Part shown: piece by piece, positions 52,827-64,000 of the stretch
Numbering within the stretch: the first letter of the stretch is position 1
Layout of the letters: every line of letters starts with the position of its first letter
Origin: Octopus sinensis
Taxonomy: Eukaryota
Direction of reading: 5' to 3'
Assembly: GCF_006345805.1 (NCBI RefSeq)
Contig: NC_043000.1
Span: 149,482,001-149,546,000, forward strand
DNA length: 64,000 nucleotides
Made by a program: the position numbers and the translations under genes
The notes under the pieces: generated by a model
What the model saw: the letters and a program-made list of their open reading frames with translations, nothing else
Databases searched by the model: none
What the model was told of the DNA's origin: nothing

Positions 52827-53644
52827 GCAATCAAGCCTTATGCATAGCACTCACGGAAACGCACCTGAAACCGGACATAGCAGATGCGTAGTTACACATA
52901 CCACAGTATGTTGTACTACGGACCGACAGAAAAGAAAGGAGTCATGGAGGAGTTGCTATGTACATCCGTGAGGACCTCACACCCCAGGTCCTCTTGTCAT
53001 ACTCAAACTCGGTGTGTGACACACTAATTGTACATATAAGGCAACTTGATGTAGTTGTGTGTGCTACATATCGCCCTCCAGATGCCCCAAGCCATGTGGG
53101 CAAGTTTGAAGACTGCCTTATAAAAATAGAAGAAGTTCTAATCACATTAGAACAACACATAAGTGTACTTCTTATGGGATACTTCAATCTACCCAATGTC
53201 AGATGGCCCGAGGGCCTTTCTCTCCCAGGAATGACAAGATGTGAACGAGGACAGGCGAGTTACGCAAATGCCAGAACTGGGCGCCACTGCGTGGTGCCTA
53301 GGACTCCAAACTTGCCATCAAGATGTTGGACAAGATTCTGTGATAGCCTGGGCTTCCGAGGCCCACAGCTCTTCAATATCCTCCCGAAGAACCTGAGAGA
53401 CCTGCATGGGGTGGATGCAGATGTCTTTAAAATGAAGCTGGATCTCTTCCTGTCAGGTGTCCCAGATGAACCAACTTCACGGCAGGAGGGGCAGATGAGG
53501 GCAGCTGCATCGAACTCTCTCGTGCACCAAATGGCAGTTGCTAGAAAGCTTTCGTGAAGTGAAACCAAGTAGCAACACCAAATGGCGGTGCCCCAGCATG
53601 GCCACAGCTCATGAGCTGAAACTAGAATCAATCAATCAATCAAT
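52827..53644 (+). mobile_element. CR1-clade LINE copy 1, internally deleted (EN N-terminus fused to ORF2 tail + 3' UTR)
   Basis: ALTETHL, YRPP, then jump at gag (53257-53259) to sequence matching 56307 onward; (AATC)n tail. Confidence 0.9.
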
Positions 53645-53664
53645 CATATATATATATATATATA

Positions 53665-53920
53665 TGATGATTTTGATTTTGATTTTTCCAGTTTCAGCTC
53701 ATGAGCTGTGGCCATGCTGGGGCACCGCCATTTGGTTTTCTACATGATTTTACCTCACGAATGCATTTTAGCAACCGCCATTTGGTACATGAGAGAGTTC
53801 GATGCAGCTGCCCTCATCTGCACCTCCTGCCGTGAAATTGGTTCATCCGGGACACCTGAGAGGAAGAGGTCCAGTCCTACTTTAAAGACATCCGCATCTA
53901 CACCATGCAGGTCCCTCAGG
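53665..53920 (-). mobile_element. CR1-clade LINE copy 2, short 3' end, inverted and more diverged
   Basis: Reverse complement of 53395-53625 with substitutions; (AAAATC)n tail on minus. Confidence 0.85.
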
Positions 53921-53929
53921 ATATATATA

Positions 53930-56691
53930 TATATAAGGCAACTTGATGTAGTTGTGTGTGCTACATATCGCCCTCCAGATGCCCCAAGCCATGTGGGCAA
54001 GTTTGAAGACTGCCTTATAAAAATAGAAGAAATTTTAACCACATTAGAACAACACATAGGTGTGCTTCTTATGGGAGACTTCAATCTGCCCAATGTCAGA
54101 TGGCCCGAGGGCCTTTCTCTCCCAGGAATGACAAGATGTGAACGAGGACAGGCGAGGTCCCTCCTGAACCTCATCAACACCCTGTACATGGAGCAGGTAA
54201 TACTCCAACCAACCAGGGCAGGTAACACACTGGATCTCTGCTTCACAAATGACATGGATCTCATCCATAATGTGAAAGTGACACCGACACTACTCTCGGA
54301 TCACAACATGATAGAGCTGACCATGTACGGGCCAAAAGAGAGCACGGACATGCAGCCTACAAGAAACCCTCAAAATCTTTCCAGCTTGAACTACCATAAG
54401 GCAAACTGGAAACAAATTGAGAAAGAGATCCTCAAACAAAACTGGCCTAAATGTCTCTCCTCGCCAGACATCGACGTGAAACTTCAACAATTCATGTCTG
54501 TAATGCAAGCCATATGCTACAAATGTGTCCCAGAGAGAAAGGCCACTGTACACAAGAACAAAATCCCCAGAGAGAGGAAAATTTTAATGAGACGGCGTAC
54601 AAAATTTTCAAATCGCCTAAACAAACAGATTGAAAGCAGTGAAAAGTCCCGCCTAAAAATAAAACTGTTGGAAATCGAAAAATGTCTGCAACTCTCCCAT
54701 GAAAAAGAAAGAGCAGGCAAAGAAGCCTGGGCTATAGAAAACATAAAATCTAACCCCAGAGCTTTCTACAGGTATGCCAAAGAAACAGCTACAGTGCACT
54801 GTAGAATAGGGCCACTCCTCGAAAAGGATGGCACACTTACAGGAAAACCAATGAGGGTAAGTGAAATACTGAATGAGCAATTCAAGAGTGTTTTCACTCC
54901 ACCCCTTGGGCATCTCCAAATCACCAATCCAACTGACTTTTTTACCACTGCAGATATAAAATCAGAGGCGGCGACGATAGATTACATCGATATAAAGGAA
55001 GACGATGTAACCAAGGCTATAGATGAAAGAAAACAGACTCAGCTACTGGCCCCGATGGATTCCCGGCAATCCTCCTAAAAGCATGTAAGAGAGTCCTAGC
55101 AAGACCACTGCAGTTCCTCTTTCAGAGCTTCCTTGCAGCTGGCAAACTTCCAGGAAAACTGAAGGAAGCTAAAATATGCCCCATTCATAAAGGAGGTAGC
55201 AGAGCGGAAGCCAAGAACTATAGACCTATCTCTCTGACCTCACACATCAGCAAGGTCATGGAACGAATAGTCAGAAGGAAGCTGATCACCTTCCTTGAAG
55301 AGAATGACTTGCTGCCCGACACCCAACATGGTTTCCGACCAGGGAGAAGCTGTTTAACTCAGCTCCTACAACACTATGACTGGGTGCTGAAACGGCTGCT
55401 CAACCACTCAAATGTGGAAGTGATATATCTCGACTTTGCAAAGGCCTTTGATAAAGTCGATCATGGAATGATATGTCACAAACTGCGTGATCTCAACATA
55501 GTTGGAAAACTGGGAGAATGGCTTCATGACTTTCTGAAGGATAGAAGTCAGGTGGTAGTAGCCAATGGGGCCACCTCCATTAACACACAAATAGTGAGCA
55601 GTGTTCCGCAGGGCACTGTTCTGGGACCACTACTGTTCATAATGGCCCTCTCAGACATGCCCTCAGCCACGCAGAGAGCCACGATCACAAGTTATGCAGA
55701 CGATACAAAAGTTTCACAGGCAATACAGAACCCTGAGGACACTAAACACCTGCAATGTGAGCTGGACGAAATATACAAGTGGGCTAAAAACATTAGCATG
55801 CAGTTCAATGCTGGAAAGTTTCAAGCTTAATACTATCAGCATGCAAAACTGAATGCAATACCCAGTGAATACACTGGACCCGGAGGGATTGCAATCCCAG
55901 AGGCACAATCAGTGCGTGACCTGGGTATTCACATGAGTGATGACGCGACCTTTCATGTACATGTTGCTAAACTGACAATGAAATGTAGACGGCTGGCTGG
56001 ATGGATTCTTAGAACCTTTAGAACAAGAGAACAAGAAACCATGATGGTCCTCTGGAAGACACTTGTCCTAAGCCACTTTGACCATTGCTCTCAGCTATGG
56101 TCACCATCCAGTGTCAAGTTGATCACAGAACTTGAGGCGATCCAACGAAGCTACACAAAGAAGATAGCCTCTATGCAGAATGTAAGCTACTGGGAAAGAC
56201 TCAAGAGATTAAAATTATATTCCCTGGAGCGTAGGCGGGAAAGATATGCCATAATATACATCTGGAAGATCCTGGAGGGAAGTGTCCTGAACTTTGGCAT
56301 CGAGAGTTACGCAAATGCCAGAACTGGGCGCCACTGCGTGGTGCCTAGGACTCCAAACCTGCCATCAAGATGTAGGACAAGATTCTGTGATAGCCTGGGC
56401 TTCCGAGGCCCACAGCTCTTCAATATCCTCCCGAAGAACCTGAGAGACCTGCATGGGGTGGATACAGATGTCTTTAAAATGAAGCTGGATCTCTTTCTGT
56501 CAGGTGTCCCAGATGAACCAACTTCACGGCAGGAGGGGCAGATGAGGGCAGCTGCATCGAACTCTCTCATGCACCAAATAGCAGTTGCTAGAAAGCCTCC
56601 ATGAAGTGAAACCAAGTAGCAACACCAAATGGCGGTGCCCCAGCATGGCCACAGCTCATAAGCTGAAACTAGAATCAATCAATCAATCAAT
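53930..56691 (+). mobile_element. CR1-clade LINE copy 3, 5'-truncated, most of ORF2 (APE + RT)
   Basis: GDFNLP, SDHN, YLDFAKAFDKVDH, VPQGTVLGPLLF, YADD; one frameshift near 55030 and one in-frame stop at 55828-55830; (AATC)n tail. Confidence 0.95.
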
Positions 56692-56722
56692 CATATATAA
56701 TATATATATATATAATAATAAT

Positions 56723-56754
<32 letters not shown>

Positions 56755-56847
56755 ATATATATATATATATAATAATATATATATATAATAATATATATAT
56801 ATATATAATATATATATATATATATTAATATATATATAATATAATAT

Positions 56848-56894
<47 letters not shown>

Positions 56895-57045
56895 TATATA
56901 TAATATATAATAATATATATAATATATATATATATTATATAATATATATATAATATATAATATAATATATATATAATATATTATATATATAATATATATA
57001 TAATATATATAATATATATATATAATATATATATATATATATTTA

Positions 57046-57082
<37 letters not shown>

Positions 57083-57085
57083 ATA
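56692..57085. repeat. Long (TA)n/(TAA)n tract
   Basis: Direct reading. Confidence 0.95.
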
Positions 57086-57689
57086 CGAGAGAAGAAAGTC
57101 CAAAAATGAATTCCGCTGCAGCTGTCGGCGGGCGCGAACTCATTAAAATTAAAATGGAAGAAATACAAACCTATTTCGGATTGATCAACGACAAAGACAG
57201 TAAATCTAGGATAACACCACCAAACGAAATATAAAATTAAAGAAAAGACTATTGTCTATAAAGCATACAATGTAGAGAGAGAAAAAAGATTTGAACACCT
57301 GGAGGAAAGCTCCATCGAAAAGTGTCTTGGTGCGACTATGAAAGATATCTAACCAGAGGCTGTAAATTCGCCACAATAGAAGCAAGTTTCGAGTCAACGG
57401 AGCGTGCAAAGGAGAACTCGACTCGAACCTTGCAAAGTGGAAATATTTTATCCAAGTAGGCTGGATTGTAGCCACACTTCTATACAAGAGGGAGGACAAG
57501 ATACAATTGGTCGAAATTGCAAGAGACGGGCGTACAATTCCAGTCTGTTATATACTTTGAGTATCGTTATCACTAGCGATATCAAGATATAACATTGTAT
57601 TTTGTATTTTATGTGTAAATGTATATATATATATATATATACATACATATATATAGATGTACATGTAATATGTACACATATATACATGC

Positions 57690-57731
57690 ACTAGCATTAT
57701 GACCCGGCAACGACAGGGTCATAATGCTAGT
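57690..57731. other. 42-bp hairpin with CTAG at both ends (Helitron 3'-end like)
   Basis: actagcattatgaccc-ggcaacgaca-gggtcataatgctagt: 16-bp perfect arms. Confidence 0.7.
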
Positions 57732-57734
57732 ATA

Positions 57735-58420
57735 TCAATATATATGAAACTAAGAATGTGTATCTGTCTGTGTGTGAATCCTTAAAACTTGAGAACTACT
57801 CAACCAATTTCATTCAGATTTTACACATGCCTTCCTTAGGGTATGAGGATTGTGTTGAGCACGCTCTGGGCGCCATAGGGCTCACTGTCCACGGCCACGA
57901 GACAACAGTGGGGGCTTGGCTTGGCTTGGCTTGGCTTGGCTTGGCTTGGCTTGGCTTGGCTTGGCTTGGCTTGGCTTGGCTTGGCTAGGCTAGCGCTGGA
58001 GAAAGAAAGCTTTGTCAAGCGACAGACGGGAATGCATGAACGAAAAGAAATACATTTAGAATTAGATCTATAGTTATTGAGGACAGAATTTATGTTAGAA
58101 ATACAGAACTATGAATATTGAATTATGCATAGAGCGCTGACTTACATTCGGGGCTTCCAATTTCTCTGTAAAATATAAGATAGTCGCAAAATCATCGCAC
58201 ATGTCGCCATCGATTACAAATGCCGGTGGAAGATAAACGTTCCAGAGGACATTCTTGTTCTTTCGTTCGTACAAGATCGTATTATGTTTCAGCTTAAAAT
58301 AAATTATAGATATAAATATAATGTATAGAAATATATAAAAACCAGAATAGAAAATAAACGTCTTAGGCATATAAAATGAGATAACATGAGATATCAAGGT
58401 GTTATAAACTTGAAACTTAC
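57735..58420 (+). mobile_element. Probable non-autonomous Helitron with internal (CTTGG)n; 3' end uncertain
   Basis: A|TC start followed by tatatatgaaac...gaactactcaaccaatttcattcagatttt, typical of Helitron-N 5' regions. Confidence 0.4.
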
Positions 58421-58594
58421 TAGAATATCATAGATTATATATATCAGGTCATCCAGTCAGTTCTGTCCAATTTTACCTTTTTTTTAGATTTGAATGAAAT
58501 TTAATAGTATTTGCAAATGTCTAATTCAATTAAAAATTATTTTTATGCATTTGTGTACGTTTAAACTAATTCAATATTGTTTTACAAAATAATA

Positions 58595-59920
58595 GACGGT
58601 GTCCACAAAGTACATAGGGATTAACACATACTTTTTAAACAAAACAATTTTATTTAATTATAATGTTAATAAATAATATTTTCAAAGTGATTTCCATCAT
58701 TTTCAATGCATAACTTGATGCGCCTTGCAAAATTCAGGTGAACTTGATTAAATAAGTCTACATTGCCATCAATTTCAGCACACTGACTGGTAATGCGTTC
58801 TCTCATGTGTTTTAAATCTGTAATCTTTATTGAGTAAACTTTCTCTTTCAACATACCCCAGAAAAAGAAATCAAGAGGAAAAAGGTCTGGTGAACGAGGG
58901 GACCATTCCATATGACCCCTTCTTCCAATCTAATGAGGAGGAAAAGTGTCATTAAATCAATCTCTAACAGTTGTGGCAAAATGGGTAGGGGCCCCATCCT
59001 GCTGAAACCAATTCGGAAGGCCCTCGCCTAGGCGCTCAATTTAAGATATTAATTTGTCTCTCAATATATTTGCATAAGTCTCATCCGTTACATGTTCAAT
59101 GAAGAAGGGTCCTAGAACATGAGCTTTCCAAAAACCACACCACACCATCACCTTTTTGCTGTCTTGCTGTTTGGATAGATCCATCCAATGTGGATTACCT
59201 CGAGACCAGTATAGAAGATTCTGTCTGTTGACCTCACCATTTACATAAAACGTAGCTTTGTCACTGAACAACAGAAAGTTTTTCGTAAAATTGATATTTT
59301 CATCCAATTTATCTGAAAACCATTCGCACGTCTACATTCGTCTATCAGGATCGTCTTCATTTAAGGGATGCAATATCTGTAGGTTGTATCGATGAAACTT
59401 TTTCTCAACCAGCATTTTGTGGATGGTTGGTTTTGGAACACCTAACACCGTAGATGTCCGACGAAGTGATTTTGGGGGGCTAGCTAGCAGAAACTTTAGC
59501 CTCGACAGCCTCTTTAGTTTCATCTGAAGTCTTTGGTCGCCCGGAACGGGGTTTATTCGAAACACTGCCTGTTTCTTTAAATTTCTTGACGGCAGTAAAA
59601 TAAATAGGTTGCCTACAAGGGTGTGGAAGATTAAATTCTTCCGCAATTTTGCGATAAGACCATCCCTCTCGTCCACTTAATAATACTAACTCGATTCTTT
59701 CTTCTTTAGACAGATTCATCATTCGATCTGGGATTCTTTCTTCTTTAGACAGAGCCATCATTCGATCATCTGTAGAAAAAATAACAAATAAATTTAGAAA
59801 AGTAAAGTATTTTTTAAAATTTAATTTAAACAAAAGTAAAAAAGGAAAATTATTATTTCTTATATTTATTTGTTTATGTTATGATTTTATTCCATAAACC
59901 CAGACTTCGTGGACACCCTA
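58595..59920 (-). mobile_element. Decayed DD41D (rosa/Visitor-type) Tc1/mariner transposon
   Basis: TIR cores ggtgtccacaaagt / acttcgtggacacc; FSDKATF, QQDGAP...41 residues...WSPRSPDLFPLD. Confidence 0.85.
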
Positions 59921-59924
59921 AAAT

Positions 59925-60990
59925 TGCTTTGATTAAAACCCTTTCAACATGGAAGTATCCAAGGAGCATTTAAGGCACATAATTCTTTATGAGTACAATA
60001 AAGGTAACTCTGCTGCCGAAGTGACTCGAAACATACACTCAGTTTATGGCAAAGTGCTCGAATGAAAGAACTTGCAGGAGATCGTCTGCAAAATTGAAGA
60101 TGAATACCGAACAGGAAGTCCAGTTGAGTTTGACAAGCTCCTTGAGGCATTACTTGAAGAAAATCCGTCATTATCAGTTGAAGAATTGGCAATAAAGCTT
60201 ACTTCAAATCATACAACAGCTCATCGTCATTTTCAACAACGTGGAAAGATTCCTAAACTTGGAAAATAGGTGCCTTATGTATTGTCCGAAAGCAACCGCA
60301 AATCCCGAGTTGGCATCTGCTCTTCTCTCCATTCTCGCAAACTCATTTCACCCTTTTTCGATAGACTTGTGATGAAAAATGGATTTTCTATCGAAATGTT
60401 AGACGTCGTAAACAGTGGCTTGGTAAAAGGGAAAATTCTCAACCACAACCGAGAAGGGAACTTCATGGGGAAAAAGGTTCTACTCTCTATCTGGTGCGAT
60501 TGCAAAGGCGTAATTCACTTTATATTGTTACCACCTAATGCAACAATCAATGCTCAAGTCTACTGTCAGCAATTAGAGCGTTTGAACCAAGCTTTGAAGG
60601 AAAAAAGAGCCGCTTTAGTGAGTCGAAAATGAGTGATGTTTCATCAGGACAGTGCGCAACCCCACATTGCAAAGATCACATCACAGAAGATCGAAGGGGT
60701 CGGTTTGGAAAAATTTCTTTATCCAACTTATTCTCCCGACCTTACTCCTTCAGGATACCATTTGTTTCATAGTTTACAGAATTAGTAGGGGGATACAACT
60801 TTCGCAAGCCAGGGGGAGGTCGAACCTGACATTACGTTGATGGGATTAAATATCTTGTAAATAGATGGAGGTAAGTCATAGATAATTAGGGAAAGTACAT
60901 TGATGATTAATTTTCAATTAAATATAACATTTGATCACTTGTATTCTTTATCCAAAATTCAGACAGAACTTATGGGACGACCTGAGATAT
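59925..60990 (+). mobile_element. Decayed mariner transposase
   Basis: MEVSKEHLRHIILYEY...VPYVL...KKVLLSIWCD...MFHQDSAQPH...YSPDLTPSGYHLF. Confidence 0.8.
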
Positions 60991-61377
60991 ATACACTGGC
61001 GAAAATATATTTAAGACAGACGATAAAAGTTCTATTTCTTACAAAATATTTTGTTACTAACACCATACAAATTATTTTTATCTTTTACACCTTATGCAAA
61101 ATTTATTTCGCTTTCGAATGATGTCGACAATAACCATTTTTATACAACTTGAAGAATTCTAATGCGAAATATAATTTTAATGGAGATAACCTGCAGTATA
61201 TATACAACATTTTTGTCTCCGTATATGAGCTAAGTATTAATAAATGTAGTATATGATAAAAATTCGGATATTTGTCTTAAAACATTCAGACAAGAAAATT
61301 CAGATGTAGCACATGAGGTATTATTCCATACGAATATCCACATATTTATATTAAGAATTCATGATAAAATATAGAAA

Positions 61378-61777
61378 TATTGGGTTGTCCGGAAAGTTCT
61401 TGCAGATTTATAGTAGCTTATCTTTCGACTTATTTTAGAACATGTTTGAGTCCATAAAATAGGATTGACTACACCTCCATTTGAAGCACAGTTTAATCTA
61501 TCTTTTCGTGGAAGAAGGTTTATGTTCCAATAACCTGTGTTAATTCTGTAACCCTTTAAATTAAAAGATGAAAAATTCATTATCGGCATTTGATGCTTTG
61601 GGAACCAGACAAAAATTGTTGCAGCTTGGCTGGGGTACTTACCCCACCCTCCATATTCACCAGATATTACTCCTTCGGATTTCCACTTATTCAGGTCTCT
61701 GCAGAATAGCCTTAATGGTGAAAATTTCAATTCCTTAGATCACGTAAAAAGATACCTTGATGAATTATTTGCCTTGA
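61378..61777 (+). mobile_element. Internally deleted mariner, truncated by the Tx1-like LINE
   Basis: TIR-like tattgggttgtccggaaagttc; HPPYSPDITPSDFHLFRSLQN. Confidence 0.7.
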
Positions 61778-64000
61778 AACCATCCAGGTAGAGCCACAGA
61801 TGTCTTAACCTCAGCGCATGTCTGCGCATCATCAGCCAAGGCATCCCTAGCCCACCCTTTAACGGTTGTTGACAGCAAGTAGAGCGTTTCACAAGTGGTT
61901 TCCCGCCCTTCCACAAGAAGTAGAAGAGCTGTCTTTCCAACTTGATCAACCACGAATCAGGGCAAGGAACGACGGAAAGGCGGTAGGTGATAACCGATGC
62001 GATAAACACATTGGCCACCTCCGCCCTCCCTTTCAGGGATAGCCACCGCCAAGACCAGGTCTTGGCTACTGCAGCCACCTTGCTCGTTATCTCGCCCCAA
62101 TTCTTCTCTATTTGGAGGTCTGGACCGAACCAGACCCCTAGCAGTTAATCGGACCCTCCGTCCAACGTCCCACGACGCTGTCAGGAGGCATCGACTTGCC
62201 TCTCCAGGTGCCGAGTTGCAAGCCGACTGACTTTTCACGATTAACTTTTGCTCCTGTCACCGTCTCGTAAGCCTCTATGGCCTTGCCTACTTTACATAGG
62301 TGGTCCATTTCGGTTACGATGATGGTGATGTCATCCGCGTACGCTGACACTGATTTTCCATTACCTGGCTGTCTCGGGATGCCGCTCAGTTTTCGCAGTA
62401 ATGGCCTCAAGAGCCATCACGTACAACGGGGAGAGCGGACACCCTTGACGAACCGAGCGTTTGATTTTGAACGGCTTCGACAAGAAGCCGTTCACCCGAA
62501 CTACTGAGTCGATGTTATCATAAATTTGGATAATCCACCTGAGGAAGCCAAGGCTCAGCCCGAACTGTGCCAGAGCAGATACCAGGTAACGATGATCGAC
62601 CCTATCAAAAGCTTTAGATTGGTCTAAATGGACCAGTGCCCCACCCTTGCCAGAATCACTATTAAACCCCTCTATAGTGTACCGCATTAGATGGAGATTA
62701 TCCTGAATGGATCTGCCCGGAACGGCACATGTCTGTGCCTCTCCGATCAGACCATCCGCGACACGCGCCAATCTTTTCGATAACACTTTGGCCAAAATCT
62801 TCAACTCTGTGTTTAGCAGAGTGATGGGCCTGAAATTATCAATGCACTCCCCCTTGCTCGAGTCCTTTCTGACGAGAGTCACCACTCCCCGGCGCACAGA
62901 TCTGGGTATAAGCCCGTTCTGCTGCCAGTTCGCATAGACCTCCGCCAGTAGGTGCCCGAACAAGTCTGGCATACTCTTATATTACTCATAGGGTAGACCA
63001 TCCAAACCCGGCGCCTTGCCCGCGCCGCAGTCCGCCATTGCCTCAACCACCTCCTCAAGCGTGATTGGCCCTTCACAGCCCTCCGCATCTCGTCCCGATA
63101 AGCGCGGCAGCCCGTCGAGTAGGTCCGTAAAGGCCCTTCTCCTATCCAGTCCGCCGCACTCACCGAAAAGCTGAGCGAAGTGCTCCTGAAAGGCCTCACA
63201 CATCTCCTCGGGTTCGTTTACCAACTCACCTTGTTGGTTCGTCAAAGATCGAATCGTGGCATCGTTACCATGCTGAGCTTCCACCACTCGGGCCCATCTC
63301 ACGGTGTTGATTCCTTCACATCTAATATGGCGGATTCTAGCCCTGACAATGCAGCCCATGTGTTTGGCCTCGAGGTGCTGGTTTAACACCAGTCTCTTGG
63401 ACGCCACCTGAGCCGCAGAGCCAGTTTTCATGGCTTCCTCTAATTCCTTAACTAGAGTATTTTCCCCTCTAGCCTCTCTAGCACTACTCCTATGCTATAT
63501 CTAATAGACTCAAACTTGATGGCTCGTTTGAGGGCGTACCACCATTTGTTATTAATGATGGTACCAGATAGTGCCCTCTGAATTATATTCCTCCGGTCTT
63601 TGTACTCCTTAATCGCCAAAAGGGACGTATTAAGTTTCCAGTAACCGGATCCTCTATTTTTAACCTTATCTATGTCAAGCTTACAAGTGACCATTTTATG
63701 ATCACTGTAGCTGATCGGGTAAAACTGTGGACACTTAGCTATTTTATTGTCTACTTTTCTATTAGTATTCTATCTAAATATGACTGGAAGATCCGTCGCT
63801 GTTTGACCATGTCCACAATGGAGCGTTCGGAAATTCCAGCCTATACGGATCTGCTAGCTCAAAGCGGCTTAGCAGTTCCATGAAGCCACTGTTACCTTTC
63901 CTATCTGGACGCGAGCCAACACAATCTACATCCGCTTTGCAAATTGTGTTAAAGTCTCCTAGCACCACTAATGAATGCGAAGTACCAAGAAATTTTCTAG
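61778..64000 (-). pseudogene. Tx1/L1-clade LINE ORF2 (APE end + RT), frameshifted, continues beyond window
   Basis: LGDFN, GYWKLNTSLL, APGLDGLP, NFRPITLLNTELKILAKVL, LDQSKAFDRVDH, VRQGCPLSP, AYADD. Confidence 0.9.

Noticed and set aside
53708-53930. N-terminus of the 456-aa ORF
   Set aside because: It reads through an inverted LINE 3' end; true ORF2 sequence starts near 53930.
57836-58018. AKPSQ / LGLAW repeat ORFs
   Set aside because: (CTTGG)n pentanucleotide microsatellite.

Overview
Repeat-saturated, AT-rich animal genomic DNA. It is most likely octopus/cephalopod, inferred from the tRNA-derived SINE families and the very large microsatellites. No intact host gene is supportable; only one weak candidate exon was found. 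There is one 100-N scaffold gap. Main contents: (1) a nearly intact autonomous Helitron (HUH Rep + PIF1-like helicase, ~47.1-51.6 kb) whose 5' end lies inside a 2,734-bp tandem duplication, plus several non-autonomous Helitron ends; (2) three CR1-clade LINE copies stacked in one (TA)n tract, whose 3' tail is shared with the commonest SINE; (3) Tx1/L1-like, R4/Dong-like, RTE-like and Gypsy remnants; (4) mariner and DD41D transposase relics and MITEs; (5) four SINE families, some with tandem-amplified heads or bodies. The most notable non-coding signals are a complete-looking type I hammerhead ribozyme fold at 13961-14039, two minimal Penelope-type hammerhead motifs next to it, a doubled direct-terminal-repeat (A-B-A) element, and a family of ~190-bp near-perfect hairpins. 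All alignments and folds were done by eye; no database searches were run.
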